Source: Paraspadella gotoi
Taxonomy: Eukaryota; Animalia; Chaetognatha
Assembly (NCBI GenBank): GCA_051294375.1
Contig: JBJCIZ010000028.1
Location: 613,623 to 677,622, forward strand
Direction: 5' to 3'
Length of the DNA stretch: 64,000 nt
Shown: positions 11,975-25,445 of the stretch, in pieces
How positions within the stretch are numbered: the stretch's first letter is position 1
Layout: each line of letters starts with the position of its first letter
Notes under the pieces: generated by a model
Databases searched by the model: none
Told to the model about the DNA's origin: nothing
The model's input: the letters and a program-made list of their open reading frames with translations, nothing else
Translations under genes and position numbers: made by a program

Positions 11975-12648
11975 TCTCTTTTCTAGTTTCAAAGTTTATC
12001 TTTTCTGTTTTTTTTGTTTGGAAAAAGGAAACATTAATAACTTTTCCACGAGGACAATCGATCTTTGAAAAAATTGGAGGGAGAGAGAGAGAAAGAGAAG
12101 AGACGCCATAATTTTTCACCGTCAACACGACCTTCCGAATATATTCATCGTTGCCCTCGTTTTAAATTTTTTTTTCCCCATTTTTCTTTTCTTTTCAGTT
12201 ATTTTTAATCAAATAAATTAATTTTTGGCGATAAAAATTTATAAAAACTAAAATTTTTTTCGAAAATGTCTTCGCGTCCGCTCGCGATGACTCGATCCCG
12301 AGTTCCGTGGATTCGTAATCAACTTTCCAGGTTGAGACTTCGTCGCGTTTTTCTTCCTTCGACGGAAAAACGACGACGACGACAGCGTCGACGCTTTAGA
12401 TCGCTTTCCCTCCCCCCCCCCCACTCTCCTCCGAAAAAGTCGCCTCTCTCCCCCTCCCTTTTTTGTAATCCCTGTTTTTCCCCTCCCGTGCATTCAGATA
12501 TATATATACATACAAAATATCCGCGACTAACGATCGGCCGATCGTTTTCCACCAGATATATTAGTTCTTTTTTTTTGGTGGCCGATTCGTCCACGTTCCG
12601 CCGCCGTCTCGAATTCGGCCGAGGATCGGAAACAAAAGAAAATAAAAG

Positions 12649-15600
12649 ATGTCGTCGTCTTCGTCGGAGAAATCCTCATCCAAACATCGAGAGGTCATCG
12701 TCAAGGGAGACTCGAAGAGCCGGTCGGAAAGCGGGCGGAGCGGGAGCGAGAAGCGGGACTCTCTCGGCGGGAAGAGGGGGAAGGAAGAGAAGAGAGAGAA
12801 GGTGAGGATGAGAGACTGTTAACTTACCCTTTTTCTATTTGAGCTTTTATTATATTGGACGACCTATCCTTTCTTGGAGACTGTTAACTTACCCTTTTCC
12901 CATTTGACCTTTTATAAATTTGAACCCCTTTCCCCTCAAGGATTCCAAGTCGAACTCATCGCCGACGACGAGTTCCACGTCTCCTCGACATTCCGTCACC
13001 ACCTTTACGGACGAAGACGAATTGGAGATTCACGAGGTCTCATCCGATTTGCAGGTATTCGTCGTTGTTAATTTCGTGATGTTTTAAATAGCGCTTCATG
13101 GTCTCACTTTTGGCGACATCAGGAACACGCCGCCTCGTGCGACGTCATTCGCGAAGCCATGGAAAAAATTCGGCGTCACAAGGCCTCTGGAAAACATGGC
13201 TCGGGTAAGGCGCGATGGGGAGAAGTTATGCTTATTTTAAATATTTATTCATATGAATTAAAATCCGCAGAGATTCCCGAGCTCAAGTCCGTCGCGGCCC
13301 AGCAGTTCGTCACCCTGAAGCGGCTCAACCGCGTGGGCCACCTCCGCGTCCACCGCGCCCGCGAGAAGACCAACGAGAAGAAGGCCAAAGTGGACGCCTA
13401 TCACCTCCGCCTGCAGAACCTCCTCTACGAGGTCATCCATCTGCAGAAGGAGATCGATAAATGTCTCGAATTCAAATCTCGAGACGAAGACATCGATCTC
13501 GTTTCCATCGACGAATTCCAGGTGAGAGAGAGAGATAGAGAGAGAAAGAAATGCAAAACGTCTCCGTCTCTATCTCTGTATCTCTTTTTCTTTTTTCATT
13601 CTTTGTCTTCATCTTCGTCGTCGCAGAAGGAAGCTCCGGAGGAAATCGCCAACCCGACTCTCTTCAAGGACAATCCGCACGAGGAAAGAAAGGTGAGGGA
13701 TGTTCTTCACTCGTCAGCCGGTTAATAGTTTAATTAGTTAAATTAGTTAATAGTTTAATTAGTATGAGCTTTATTTGTTATTATCATCTTCGGCGGCCTT
13801 GTTGTGTCAAGATTAAAATCCTTTTTTTTTTCTCTCCTAACCTTTCTTCTATTTCCCGAAAATTTATTTTCGTCCCTTTTTTTTTTCTCTCTCTTGTCGT
13901 TCGAACTCTTTCCTTTTTATTCGTTTGATAAATTGATTTGCTCCACTTTAATGTTTACTCAAATTAATACATTAAAAGGCTCGACTGGCTTGGGAGTTGG
14001 AGCAACGAAAGGCCCTGGACGAGAAGCACAAAAAGATGGAGCGAAGCAAAGAGGACATCGCCAAGGAGATCTCCAGCAAGAGGGAATATCTCGAGTCGCT
14101 CCAGCCCAAGTTGAAGAACATTCTGGAGAGCACTAAACCCGTCCAGGTTCGCGTCATGAGGGGGTTGCGGCGATTGTAGAAAAGTAGGCGTGGCTTGTTG
14201 CTGAAAAAAATTGGAGGAGTTTAATTAACACAATTTGGGATAATATCAGATATTTGTTCATTCCCTGCAACGAAACTATGATCAAAATAGATTCAGAGAC
14301 CCCCTCGTTGATTTTACAGGATTATCTCGACATGCCATTCGACAAAACGAGGGAGCAGCACCGGATGGCCGCTTTTCTTCCGCGACCCCTTTACGTGCTC
14401 TTCGTTCAAACCAGCGCCTATCAAGAAGCTTGTGACTCCAAGGTAGGAATCTGTGTATAGTGTTACGAAGATTAAGGTTGGAAGTCATCTGAATTAAAAT
14501 CGTTTACTGACTACCTCCCTCCCCTCCTTTCCTTCAGAACACAATGACGGTGACCATCGCCGGAGACCTGGAAGCGGCCAAAGCCGAACGCGCTTCCGGC
14601 AAACGAGCCGGATCCGGCGCGGATCTTCCCGGCGCCGAGGAGGAGGACGAGGAAGAGGAGTAAGGAAGGAGAAGGGAGACAAGAGAGCGGAGACGAAGGG
14701 TGAGAGAATTGAGATGGCGGAGGGGGGGGGAATCGGAGATAGGGTGTGGTTATAGAAGAAACGAACGAAAATAAAAAACAAACGAACGGAAAAATGAAAT
14801 AACAAATGGGGAAAAAAACTGAAAAACCTATAAACGAAAAAAATAAAAAAATAACAAACTAACGATTAGACGGAATGTTGAACAACAAATGAAAAAAAAG
14901 AAGGAAAAAATGAACGAATTAACTCTACGACAAAACTAACGAAACATAAATTGACCGAACTAACAAACATTTTCCCCTCTTCTCCTCCCTCCCCCCAAGA
15001 AATCCTTCAAGAACAGCATCCTCTCCGCGTGGAAGTCTTCCTCCGCTGCCAGGACGAATCCTCCCTCCATCTCTCCTTCGTCTTCCTCCTCTTCTTCAAA
15101 GTCGTCGCCGTCCGTACGCGGGTCGGACTCGTCGACGCCCGACTCGCCTCCTCCACGGGCGGCGGGCCGCTTCTCGACGCCCGCGCCTTGCTCGACTGTC
15201 TCACGCCGGGCGATCTGGGCGTGGAGACGCCCAACGCGGCCAACAAGTTCAGCGCCGATTTGGAGGTAAAAAAGAGGGTTGCGAAGCTCAACCCCGCTTC
15301 GGGAAGCGCTTCTTATAGGCGTGCGAGTCGTGTGCCCAGGTCCCGTATCCGTTTAATCATTCATTCGTTCATTTTTGGGCCTGAAAAAAAAAACCATTAA
15401 ACTTACTATCAAGCCAAGGAGCCGTTTCATTGTTGGTCGGGAGTGTTCACTGTTCAGCCCATATTCACAATCATCGTATGACTATTTGTTAGTAAAGAAT
15501 TATGGGCTTGTAATGATGGTCATTTCCATTTCTAGGCTTTAGAAAACGGCCTCCCCGGCACCTCCGGCCTCCGCGGTCTCTTCTTCTCTATCGGAAAGCC

Positions 15601-18600
15601 CTACCTCTGGGCCCAGTGGCTCGCCGGTCTTCAGTTCCTTCCGCCGGCGCAAGAGAAATCTCTCGACGAAATCAACGACGATGACGAAGAAGAAGAAGAA
15701 AAGATCGACGACGACGACGACATGGACGTTGACGACGACATCGGCTACGCAATCTCCGACGACGAAGACGACGACGCGACGGCCGCGTCTTCGTCCCAAT
15801 CGTCTCAATCCGACGCGGATCCTTCCTCCTCCTCTTCATCTCCCAAAGCCTCGTCTTCGGCGAGGGAGAAGCGTCTCTCCTCTTCCTCCAAACACAAGAC
15901 GCGCGACGTCGGCCACGCCCACTCGCCGAACTCCGCTTCTCCCAAGGACGTTATTCTCAATCGTTCGTCGTCCCTGACGCCGCGGGAGATGGCGGCGGCG
16001 TTCAGGGTCGTGAGACCCAAGGTTCAGGTCTCCGCGGGGAACATGGACTCGACGATGAAGGCGTTGAGATCGAGAGTCGCCGCGAGGATCGCTCTGGGTA
16101 AAATATAGGGGGAGGGGCCGCAGGGCAGGGGCCGCAGGGCAGGGGCCGCAGGGCAGGGGCCGCAGGGCAGGGGCCTCAGGGCAGGGGCCGCCTGGCATGG
16201 GCCGCAGGGCGGAGCATGTTGCAGAGTAACTTATTCTTCTTTTCAAATTCGATTTAAGTTCATAAATTTGATTTGCATATTGTAGCAGGTTTAGGTTATT
16301 TGTTGGAGAGTTGGATTTAGATTTCGAAATTATATTTTCATTGTGACGTTTTTTGTTACAGATAATAATTTTGGCGTAAATATAGTAATTTATGAAAAAA
16401 ATATTTAAATAAAAACTTTTGCTATTTCTTCACCATTGTCTCCCCCTCCCCTCCTCTTTTTCCCTCCACCGTCGACAGCCAAACAGATTCAAGCTTTGAA
16501 CGGCGACGCTCCGCAAGCAGCCTCCTCCTCCATTCGGGGGCCCGCCATTCTTCAGCCGGTATTTATAGTATTTATATGATGCATTGTTATTTATTATTTA
16601 TTATTATTTATAGTTTTAAATGATGCATTGTTATTTCTCAAAGTGTTAGCATACCAACAGCTAGGCAATTATTTCAACCCTCACTAATTAAAGGCAGTAT
16701 TTATTTATTTATTTTTTTATTAATACCAAAAACAGTATTAACATAATCAGAAACGGGTAACCAGTGCTAAAAGACTGGAAATCGATAAACGAGTAAAATT
16801 TTTTTTTTTTTTTTCTGAAATAAAAAAGACAATTGACAATTAAGACAATAAGAAGATTAAACGATTAAACGATGAGTATTGAGCAAGAAAAATTGCACTA
16901 ATGGCACTAAAAATAAAATTCAAAACAATTAAGGATCATTGCGGACATTGCAAATTGGAAAAGTATTAAATATATCAATGAAAATCATGAGTGAATATTA
17001 TCATTACACTAGGCCATTTGCCATTTTTTTTTTTTTTTTAGTCATAGACAAAAACTTGGCAAATGAAAAAAAAAAAAAAAAAAAAAAGTAAATACTATCA
17101 TTTATGGTGACCTAACATTTATACTAGGCCATTGCCTCTTTTTTTTTTTTTAAGTCATAGACAGAAACTTGTCAATTTTTTTTTTTTTAACTGATCATAA
17201 ATAGAAAGGCATAAAATACCAGATTAAAATTATTGGAATTACCCTTATTCCTAATTATATTATTCTTATCGTTAATGATACTATTATTATTTTTATCATT
17301 ATTACTATTATTATTTACATTATTTATTATTATTATTATTACTATGATTGGAATTACTATTATTGGAATTACCCTCATTCCTAATTATTATTGTTCTTAT
17401 CATTAATTACCCTCATTCCTAATTATTATTGTTCTTATCATTAATGATACTTATTATTTTTATCATTATTACTATTATTATTTTTATCAATATTATTACT
17501 ATGATTATTATTATAAACTTAATATTATTATTAATATTATTTATTACTATTATTTATACCAATATATATATATATATATACATACATATATATATATATC
17601 ATCATTAATATTATTGTTATTACTATTATTATTACAATAGTACTATAATACTAATGTCACAATTTTTATTATTATTACCATTATCACACCATTGTTATAT
17701 ACTAAGTTTATGAATTTTTAAACCTTAATTCTTAATCCTTTATGAATTTTTAAATCTTAATCCTTAATCCTCACTTTACAATACACCAATACTCAATACA
17801 TTACCAAATTACTAGAATAAATTCCAATAACTAACCCTTGCCCTTTTTACCCAATTTACCCGCCCCTCTATTAAAATTCAACAACAACAAAAGACACTAA
17901 CGTTTAAAATGGAATCTTTAATAAAATGTAATGAACTAATTCATAAGAAACTATAAAATATAATGTTCAAGAACGTTCAAGGATCAAATTTCAAAATCAT
18001 AAAAACCAAATACAAGTATAAAATGAATTCAACGTTAATAAAACATTCAAAAATAATACGCAAAAACAAAAACATTGCTGAAATGTTATAACCTTAAAAT
18101 AAAAACGTTCTTAAAACGTGAAAGAAAGGAGCAGTATTTTATTCCGTAACCATCGAACCACGAACCCTTATACCTTTAAACCTTTATATTAATAATGACA
18201 ACGATTGTCCTTATTGTTCAGTGTTTGGCAGGTATAAACCCACTAGTGTTGTCTAATTTACCTCTCGCTATATTCGATTTCAGTTTTACAATATTTTAAG
18301 TTACAAACGACTCTAAACAATGTAAAGCACTCTTCGTCGCGATAACCAAATCCTTACTGCGACATGCAAATTGAAAAAACGCCCCCTTTTTTTTCCCTAT
18401 TTACTCAAGGTGGAAATGAGAACTCTCTTCCCCAAGCGCATCGTCTCCACGGTCACGTCGTGGTCGACCATTTCGTGGTCTTCCTTCTCCGACGCTTCGG
18501 CCAACCCTCACGCCAAGCAGCTCGTCGACGCCGGCCTCGTTAGGGACTTTCACTTTTTCTTTCGCGCCGTCGCCGAACACCGCCCGGCCGGGTTCACGAT

Positions 18601-18933
18601 GGAAGCCTTGGTGGCGGGTGAGAGAGAAGGACCCTTTTGTTTAATTATTAAATATCGTTTATTATAAACAATATAAATTTGATAAGTGGCTCCGGATTAC
18701 CCGTCGACGCCGCCGCTGTTCGCGCTGCGCCTGAAGAGCGGAGACGCCGCCGCTGCAGAGCGGACTCACCTCAACGACGACGGCGTCCGCGAAATCGAGG
18801 CGGAACTCAATCTCCATCCCGACGATCTCGTTAACAAAGCGGGTAAAGAGGCTCTTAGTACAATTAGTGTAATTACATTGATTTATTAATTTAGTTTTCG
18901 TAATGATAAGAATAATAAAACTCTCTCTCTCTT

Positions 18934-18973
<40 letters not shown>

Positions 18974-19194
18974 CCCCCACAGCCGGCGGGTCCAAGAGTC
19001 TCCTCTCCTCCCTCCGCCACTCTCTCCTCACGGTCCAACTGCGCCGCCTCCTCGTCTGCCTCGACATCTTCGTGGAGACGTCGCCGTCGACGACCTCCGA
19101 CGGGGCCAACATTCTCGTCCGCCGCAGTCGAGGGCCTTCAAGGAGCAGGCCATACCAGTTCGACGCGGAGCTGGGCATTTTTCATCAGCGCTGA
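12649..19194 (+). CDS. THOC5: THO complex subunit 5 (FMIP), about 14 exons; apparent 1-nt frameshift near 14640-14660
   Basis: FVTLKRLNR...[31 protein letters not shown]; [11 protein letters not shown]; [20 protein letters not shown]; [15 protein letters not shown]; C-terminal [21 protein letters not shown]. Confidence 0.93.
16108..16212 (+). repeat. 14-bp G-rich tandem repeat (G-quadruplex-prone) just inside a THOC5 intron
   Basis: (CAGGGGCCGCAGGG)n, about 6 copies, beginning about 10 nt after the donor at 16098. Confidence 0.85.
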
Positions 19195-19911
19195 AATCCG
19201 GAGAACTTGGCTTCCCATCAACTTTTGAGACGATTCTGAGAAAGAGCCGAGGAAGATGGCTAACCGAGTTGAAGAGGCTATTGAATTGCTATAATACTAC
19301 AATTAATACGATTCTTTGGCCCAAGACTCGTCTTTTTCACCTTCCGAGGGCCCCGTCAATCTATTTAGTTTTCGCGTTGTATAATTTAGAAAGACTTCGT
19401 TACTTACGTTTAGAATTATTCTTTTTCCCTCCCGATATTTTCCCTTTTCCCTTCTTCCCCTAGCCTTTCGCAAATTAATTCCTCTTTACATTTCCATCAT
19501 ATTCGCTTATGATCGCCATCGTTTTTACCTCCGACCAAAAAACTAAACTTTTCCCCCCCAAAAAAATGACATTCCTTGTTTTTTTCCCCCTGAAAAAAAA
19601 AGACAACTGTTTTGGTTTCGTTTCCCCTCCTTCCTTCCCCCAAACCCTCTCATTTAACTCTTCGTTTTTTGTCCTTTCGTTCGAGCGAAGTCGCGCTCGA
19701 GTCTCCCCGGTTATAAAAATCCATCGCCTCTCAAAAAAAAAAAAAGAAACAAAATTAAACTCGTGCACCTAATTTTCAAAATTGTCTGTACAGGAAATGT
19801 TCTCGCAAAGTGGCACGCTTGATATTTATTCCGTCATACGGGTCTTCTTCGTTTAAATTTGACATTTTTAACTAAATCGACGAACAAACTTTTAAAAAAG
19901 AGGGAAAAACG

Positions 19912-21963
19912 ATGATCGCGGTTCCCCGTCCGGCGGAGACGCTGGAGTCGATCATCCAACTCCTTCGTCGACTCCAACGCGACTTCTGCGACCTCCAAGC
20001 CTGCGTGGAGATCATCCACGAGAGGCTCGAGCGGGTCGAAGCCAAGGGCGTGGAGCACGAAGAGATTAAGGTGAGTGGGTTTTGCATCAAGGCCGGGTTA
20101 CCCTTAGTCGGGAAGAAACTTTTATGAAGATTTTTATTCGGAAATCGATGGGCGATTATTCATTCATTAACTATTCATGGTTCGTTCACTCATTATTCAT
20201 CGATTTATTGCTTTTTCCCCTATGAATTGTCATAGCTGTATTGGGTTATTGAGTTACTGATTTGCGAACAGTGGTGACTGACCATCATTGTGTTTACCTC
20301 ACCTTTCAGCCTGACTCCCTCCACCCCAACCACTCGCCTCTTTCTCTATCCCACCCTCCACCTCCGCCGCCGCCGCTTGAGCGCCACGCAAGGATAGAAG
20401 ACGGAACGTCCTCCCCGATGGAGAGCGGGAAGGGCGACGTCGGAAGGCGTGGCGTCGCTAGGAAACGCGCCGTCCACGTCTCCTCGCTAAGGGACGAGGT
20501 CTTCGTCGATGTGAGTTGTTTTGCTGAGATGAGATTTCATTCATTATAAGAAGGTCAATTATTTTTGAAGTCAATAGATGATGCTCAGAGATTAAATGCT
20601 CGCAGGGTCTTGCTTGTTTATTATCTTCGAATGGTAGACCTCAAGCCTTGTTTATTCTTTTATTTATATTTATTAAATTTTAAGGACGAGACTCCGAGCA
20701 AAATCACCAAGTTTGAAATCTTGTCCGTCGACTATGGCGGCGTCAGCAACGCCGACGACTGCGGTGGCGACGCCATCTTCGACAAAGAATGTTCCGGCGA
20801 CGGCGTCGACAAGACTCACGAATCCGGCGTCGTCGATTGCGATCCTAACCAAATTCCGGACGAGACCGTCGGCGAGGCGATCGGCGAGGGTCGCGGCGAG
20901 CCTTCCTCGACGAGCGTCTTCGACGCCTGCGAGTGGCGGCCGCCGATGGATTGTTGGGCGGAGAACGGTCCCGTCGTCGTCGAGGATTTGTGGGGCGACG
21001 ATGAGGGCGGCGCCGATTTTACCGATGGCGATTCGCCAGAGGGAGGCGGCGTTGCGCGGAAGAGCGCCGTCAAGAGGAAGACAAGGAAGACTACGAAGAA
21101 GAAGACGCCGACTAAGAATGAGAACGAGGGTGAGAGAGAGAAAGAGAGAGGGGGGGTTAGAGAGCGAGAGAGAGAGAGAGGTAGAGGGGTGAGAAGAGAG
21201 AGTTTGGCAAAGAAACGTGTAAAGAAGAGATACAAAAGATAGTCGACGAAAAGAGAGAGACAGTGAGAATGCAGGCTGAGAAACAGACAGACAGACGATC
21301 AGACACTGACGATCCCCTCTTTTACGCAGCTCGCCCAACCTGCGTTCACTGCGGAAAGACCTTCTCCCGCCCGGACACGCTCGCCCGCCATCTCCGCGAA
21401 GTCTGCGAGAAGACGGAGACGACTCAACTCTTTCCTTGCGACATCTGCGGTTGGGTCTCCATTCGGAAGGACAGGCTCGAGCGACACCGTCTCAGGGAAC
21501 ACGCGTAAGGGGGCTCTTTTAAAACTCGTTTTGCACGTTGGGGTAATGACGCATTTTCAATAGTTGATATATGATTAAATCTGTTATGAGATCAGAATGA
21601 ATGGAAGGAATTTGTGTCAATTGTGTCACTTCAAACTTCATTTTGCGAGGATTATACGTCTGCTTATATAACATACTGTTTTTTGTATTAAAAAAAAATA
21701 ATAATGTTTGACATACTTTCTCCAAGAAAAAGAGATTTGTTGTGACCTGTAGCAAGTTACCATCTGAACCTTAAAAAGTCTTTTGACGGTTTTTATTAAA
21801 TATCGTATTTTGGTTTAATAATACAAAAGAATCTGAATTCCTTCGCTTCAGTTACCGACCGATGGAATTGAAAATCTCCGCCATCCCCGCCAACGCCGCC
21901 TCCAGAACCGCCGCCTCCGAAGCAGGTGACGTTGCCGCTCCCTTGGAAGGCTTCGCCATTTGA
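19912..21963 (+). CDS. Zinc-finger protein (N-terminal coiled coil, C2HC + C2H2 fingers); exons approx 19912-20070, 20310-20510, 20685-21129, 21330-21504, 21852-21963
   Basis: CVHCGKTFSRPDTLARHLREVC and FPCDICGWVSIRKDRLERHRLREH. A GTAAGG donor at 21505 overlaps the apparent stop and splices in frame to 21852. Confidence 0.75.
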
Positions 21964-22490
21964 TTTGAAGGAGTCGTCGGAAAAACGACGATCGTGGGGA
22001 AGAGCTTTGGCAAATTAAGGGGGGGGGAGTCCTCGTTACATTTATTTTCATTTGGTTTCGCCTTTTTCGAATTTTAGATTAGATTAGATTAACGCAGTAG
22101 TTAAGCGGTACAATTATTATTATTATTATTTTTTTTATTATTATTATTCTCATCATCATCGATCCTGAACTCTCAACACATGAAGTGTAGATTTTTTCGT
22201 CGACTTAATTATTCCTTATTTTTTAGAATGAATTTTTTGTTGGGGGGGGAGGGAATGGTTCCTTTGCAATGGATAATCTTCGTTCGTTTTAGATGTCGAA
22301 TTAAAAGTCACTAGTTTTATTTTATTTTACCGTCAATCCTCGTTTAATGTTTATTATCCATTTACTTTATTAACAACACTGAAAAAAAAAACGCTTATTT
22401 TTTCTACAAGTACTTTTTCAGTACTTTTTTATACCTGAAAATCGCCAGCACGATTATTTTTTTTAGATTATTTATTACTTTACATTGACA

Positions 22491-23249
22491 ATGTCCTCGT
22501 GGACCAAAGGAACCAAGCCTAAGGATGTCCACAAGGAACGAGCCCAGCCGGCCTCCCGCCGCAAGATGGGCTTCCTGGAAAAGAAAAAGGACTACAAGCG
22601 TCGTGCCTTCGATCATCAGCGCAAAGAGGCCAAGATGAAGAGTCTCCGTCGTAAAGCCAGAGATCGAAACCCCGACGAATTCTACTTCAAGATGGTCAAC
22701 ACTCACCTCGAAGACGGCGATCACGTGGAGGAAGAAGCCGCCCCGACCTACACGGACGAGCAACTCAAGATGATGAAGATTCAGGACGAACGATATCTGA
22801 ATTTGAAGCGACAGATGGAGCGAAAGAAGATCGAGAAGCTCAAATCGGGTCTTCATCTCATCGACGCGGCCCCGTCGATCCCTCGTCGTCACACCTTCTT
22901 CGTGGACGAGCGTCCGGAAGAGTTCGACGTCGCCGAGCGACTAGAGACTCACCCGCTGCTGCTGGGACGAACGGCCAATCGGCCGCGGATTCCGGATCTC
23001 GCCAACGCGGCGGCGGCTGCGGCTGCGGAGGCGACGGCTTCCGACTCTAGACTCATCAAAGAACGCAACAAGGGCTACAAGGAACTCAAGCGAAGGCTGG
23101 AGAGGGAGGAGGAGATATTTCGCAGCGTCAGGAGACTGCAAGTGAAGAGGAGTCTGGTGGAGGAGAAGAAGAATAGAAAGTTTAAAGTGAAGGCGGCCAC
23201 CGCCGACGCTCCCGCCGTTTATAAGTTCGCGTCGAAGAGGAAGAAATGA
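22491..23249 (+). CDS. UTP11: U3 snoRNA-associated protein 11 (intronless)
   Basis: HKERAQPASRRKMGFLEKKKDYKRRA...RNPDEFYFKMVN; C-terminal PAVYKFASKRKK. Confidence 0.96.
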   Translation: MSSWTKGTKPKDVHKERAQPASRRKMGFLEKKKDYKRRAFDHQRKEAKMKSLRRKARDRNPDEFYFKMVNTHLEDGDHVEEEAAPTYTDEQLKMMKIQDERYLNLKRQMERKKIEKLKSGLHLIDAAPSIPRRHTFFVDERPEEFDVAERLETHPLLLGRTANRPRIPDLANAAAAAAAEATASDSRLIKERNKGYKELKRRLEREEEIFRSVRRLQVKRSLVEEKKNRKFKVKAATADAPAVYKFASKRKK

Positions 23250-23521
23250 GGAATGGGGTGGAGGAGGGGGAGTTTGTGGTGGTTTCTCGTGGAGATGTGG
23301 GTTTTCTGTGTGGAGAAAAGTGTGAGAAGGGATGGTTTTTAGAGTTCGTTGTGGGGGGGGAGGGGGGAGTTTTGGAATGATATCGACGATTAATGCTGGT
23401 TTTTATTGTTATTCTTTGATACGTTTGTTACGCTGTTATACCAACTTTGTCTTGACTCTCCATCCAAACTTGATCCGTTTCTTCCGTCGACAGAAATTGT
23501 AAGAATTTAAATTTATCGAAG

Positions 23522-25053
23522 ATGCCGATGCAAATCTCGAAGAAGAGAAAGTTCGTCCAGGACGGAGTCTTCAAGGCGGAACTCAACGAGTTCTTGACGA
23601 GAGAGTTGGCCGAAGACGGATACAGCGGAGTCGAGGTGCGTATATAATGTATACATTGTATATACTATACAATGTATTTAATACGTGTGAAAAACAAGAA
23701 TTCAGATTTTTGTCTTTTAAGGAGGGTTATTAATATATAAAAGAGAAAATCTAAGGGTAATTATTATTTTTATCTTAAAAATTAGAATCTTGTGTGATAA
23801 GATGGTCACTTAATTTATGTGCGATTCATTTAAATATCAGCCCGACCTTATAAATTTTAAAATAACAATAATCTTATGCTTATTTATTTAAATAATTCAT
23901 TTATTTAAATAATTCATTTATTTAAATAATTCATTTATTTAAATAATTCATTTATATATCAGCCCGACCTTATAAATTCTAAAATAACAATAATCTTCCA
24001 ATGCTAATTTAGATTTCACTCGAGTTTAAAAATCAATCGTGAAAGTTAAAAAACACAATCTTTTTCCAGGTCCGCGTGACCCCGTCCCGCACGGAAATCA
24101 TCATCCTTGCGACCCGAACCCAAAACGTCCTGGGTCAAAAGGGTCAGCGGATCCGCGAGTTGACCTCCGTCGTCCAGAAGAGGTTCAACTACCCCGAGGG
24201 AACGGTGGAGCTCTACGCGGAGAAGGTGGCCACCCGCGGTCTCTGCGCCATCGCCCAGGCCGAGTCTCTTCGCTACAAGCTCATCGGCGGCCTCGCCGTC
24301 CGTCGCGCCTGCTACGGAGTCCTGCGTTTCATCATGGAGTCCGGGGCCAAGGTGTGTGTGTGTGTGTGGGGAGGATTTGTTTTCGATAACTCGTCTCTTA
24401 ATAACCGTTTAAAGTATTGGCACTATAACGGATTAAAAGGACATTTATCTCTTGATTTGACTGATGACCAACGCTGCAATATGTAAATTAGATTAAAGGA
24501 CCGACAGTATTATCATCGTCGTTTCATTTAATAAAATTGTTTTCCTTCCTTTCCCTTTACCTTCCTTTGTTTTGCCCCTTCCCTGCCTTCCCCTCTTTTC
24601 AAGGGATGCGAGGTCGTTGTCTCCGGGAAACTCCGCGGCCAACGCGCCAAAGCGATGAAGTTCGTCGACGGTCTCATGATCCACAGCGGCAACCCCCCCG
24701 AGGAATACGTCGACACCGCCGTCAGACACGTCCTTCTGCGCCAGGTTAGGCGGGTCTATTAGGCTTTGTTTAGGGGAAGGGAGTCGCCACAATGTTACTA
24801 ATTATTACTCGATTAAAATTCAATAATGATAATCTCCAAATTTTATTCCCAGGGAGTTTTGGGCATCAAAGTAAAGATCATGCTCCCGCACGACCCGTCG
24901 GGCAAGACCGGCCCCAAGACCCCTCTGCCCGACCACGTCTCCATAGTGGAGCCCAAGGAGGAAATCATTCCCTCGCAGCCCTACTCGGAGCAAAAGGGCA
25001 GCAAAGTGCCAGAGCCCATCGCCCCCGCGCCGCCGCAGATGCCGGCCATGTGA
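23522..25053 (+). CDS. RPS3: 40S ribosomal protein S3; exons 23522-23635, 24070-24351, 24604-24744, 24853-25053
   Basis: [38 protein letters not shown]|[22 protein letters not shown]...[16 protein letters not shown]...[12 protein letters not shown]. Confidence 0.98.
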
Positions 25054-25445
25054 AGAGAAGGGGAAGCTCATTCCGGGAGAGGCTGTCGCTGTGGAGAAAT
25101 GAATGGGATCGTGGATCGTAGATCCTCGAACGAAAAGAGAGAAAAACTTTCTCGGCATCTTCATTTATTGTTTTAAAGTTTAAGAATTCCTTTCTAGTTT
25201 CAGTGGCAAAAAAACAGAGATAAAATTATGAATTATTTCATAGAAATTTGTTGTATTTCAACTTTAACCTTTCCGCATTTCAGTTACATTCCTGAAGCAC
25301 AGAAATGAAACCTCGGAAATAAAACAAAAAAACAATTTTGTTCTCAACCACACAGACCAATCGAGAAACAGTTAGAGATTTTTTGCCAACAGTTTGTTTC
25401 TTTGAACCAAAGTTGCTGAAACGCGTCCCTTCCCTCTACCCTCGA

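Noticed and set aside
14620-14700. Programmed frameshift or pseudogenisation of THOC5 (in-frame TAA at 14661)
   Set aside because: Lies in a GAG-rich low-complexity stretch with the gene intact on both sides; a 1-nt assembly indel is more likely. Needs a read check.
15310-15365. Short motif shared with 51020-51065 (TATAGGC...GTGTGCCCA...CCGTATCCGT)
   Set aside because: Real similarity but only about 45 nt; most likely fragments of another dispersed repeat.
23470-23495. Treating the RPS3 upstream pyrimidine tract as proof of trans-splicing
   Set aside because: It could equally be a TCT/5'TOP initiator typical of ribosomal protein genes, so it is only suggestive.
23834-23998. Mobile element in RPS3 intron 1 (43-bp direct repeats around a 17-bp x4 array)
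   Set aside because: Best explained as local slippage duplication; no transposon hallmarks.
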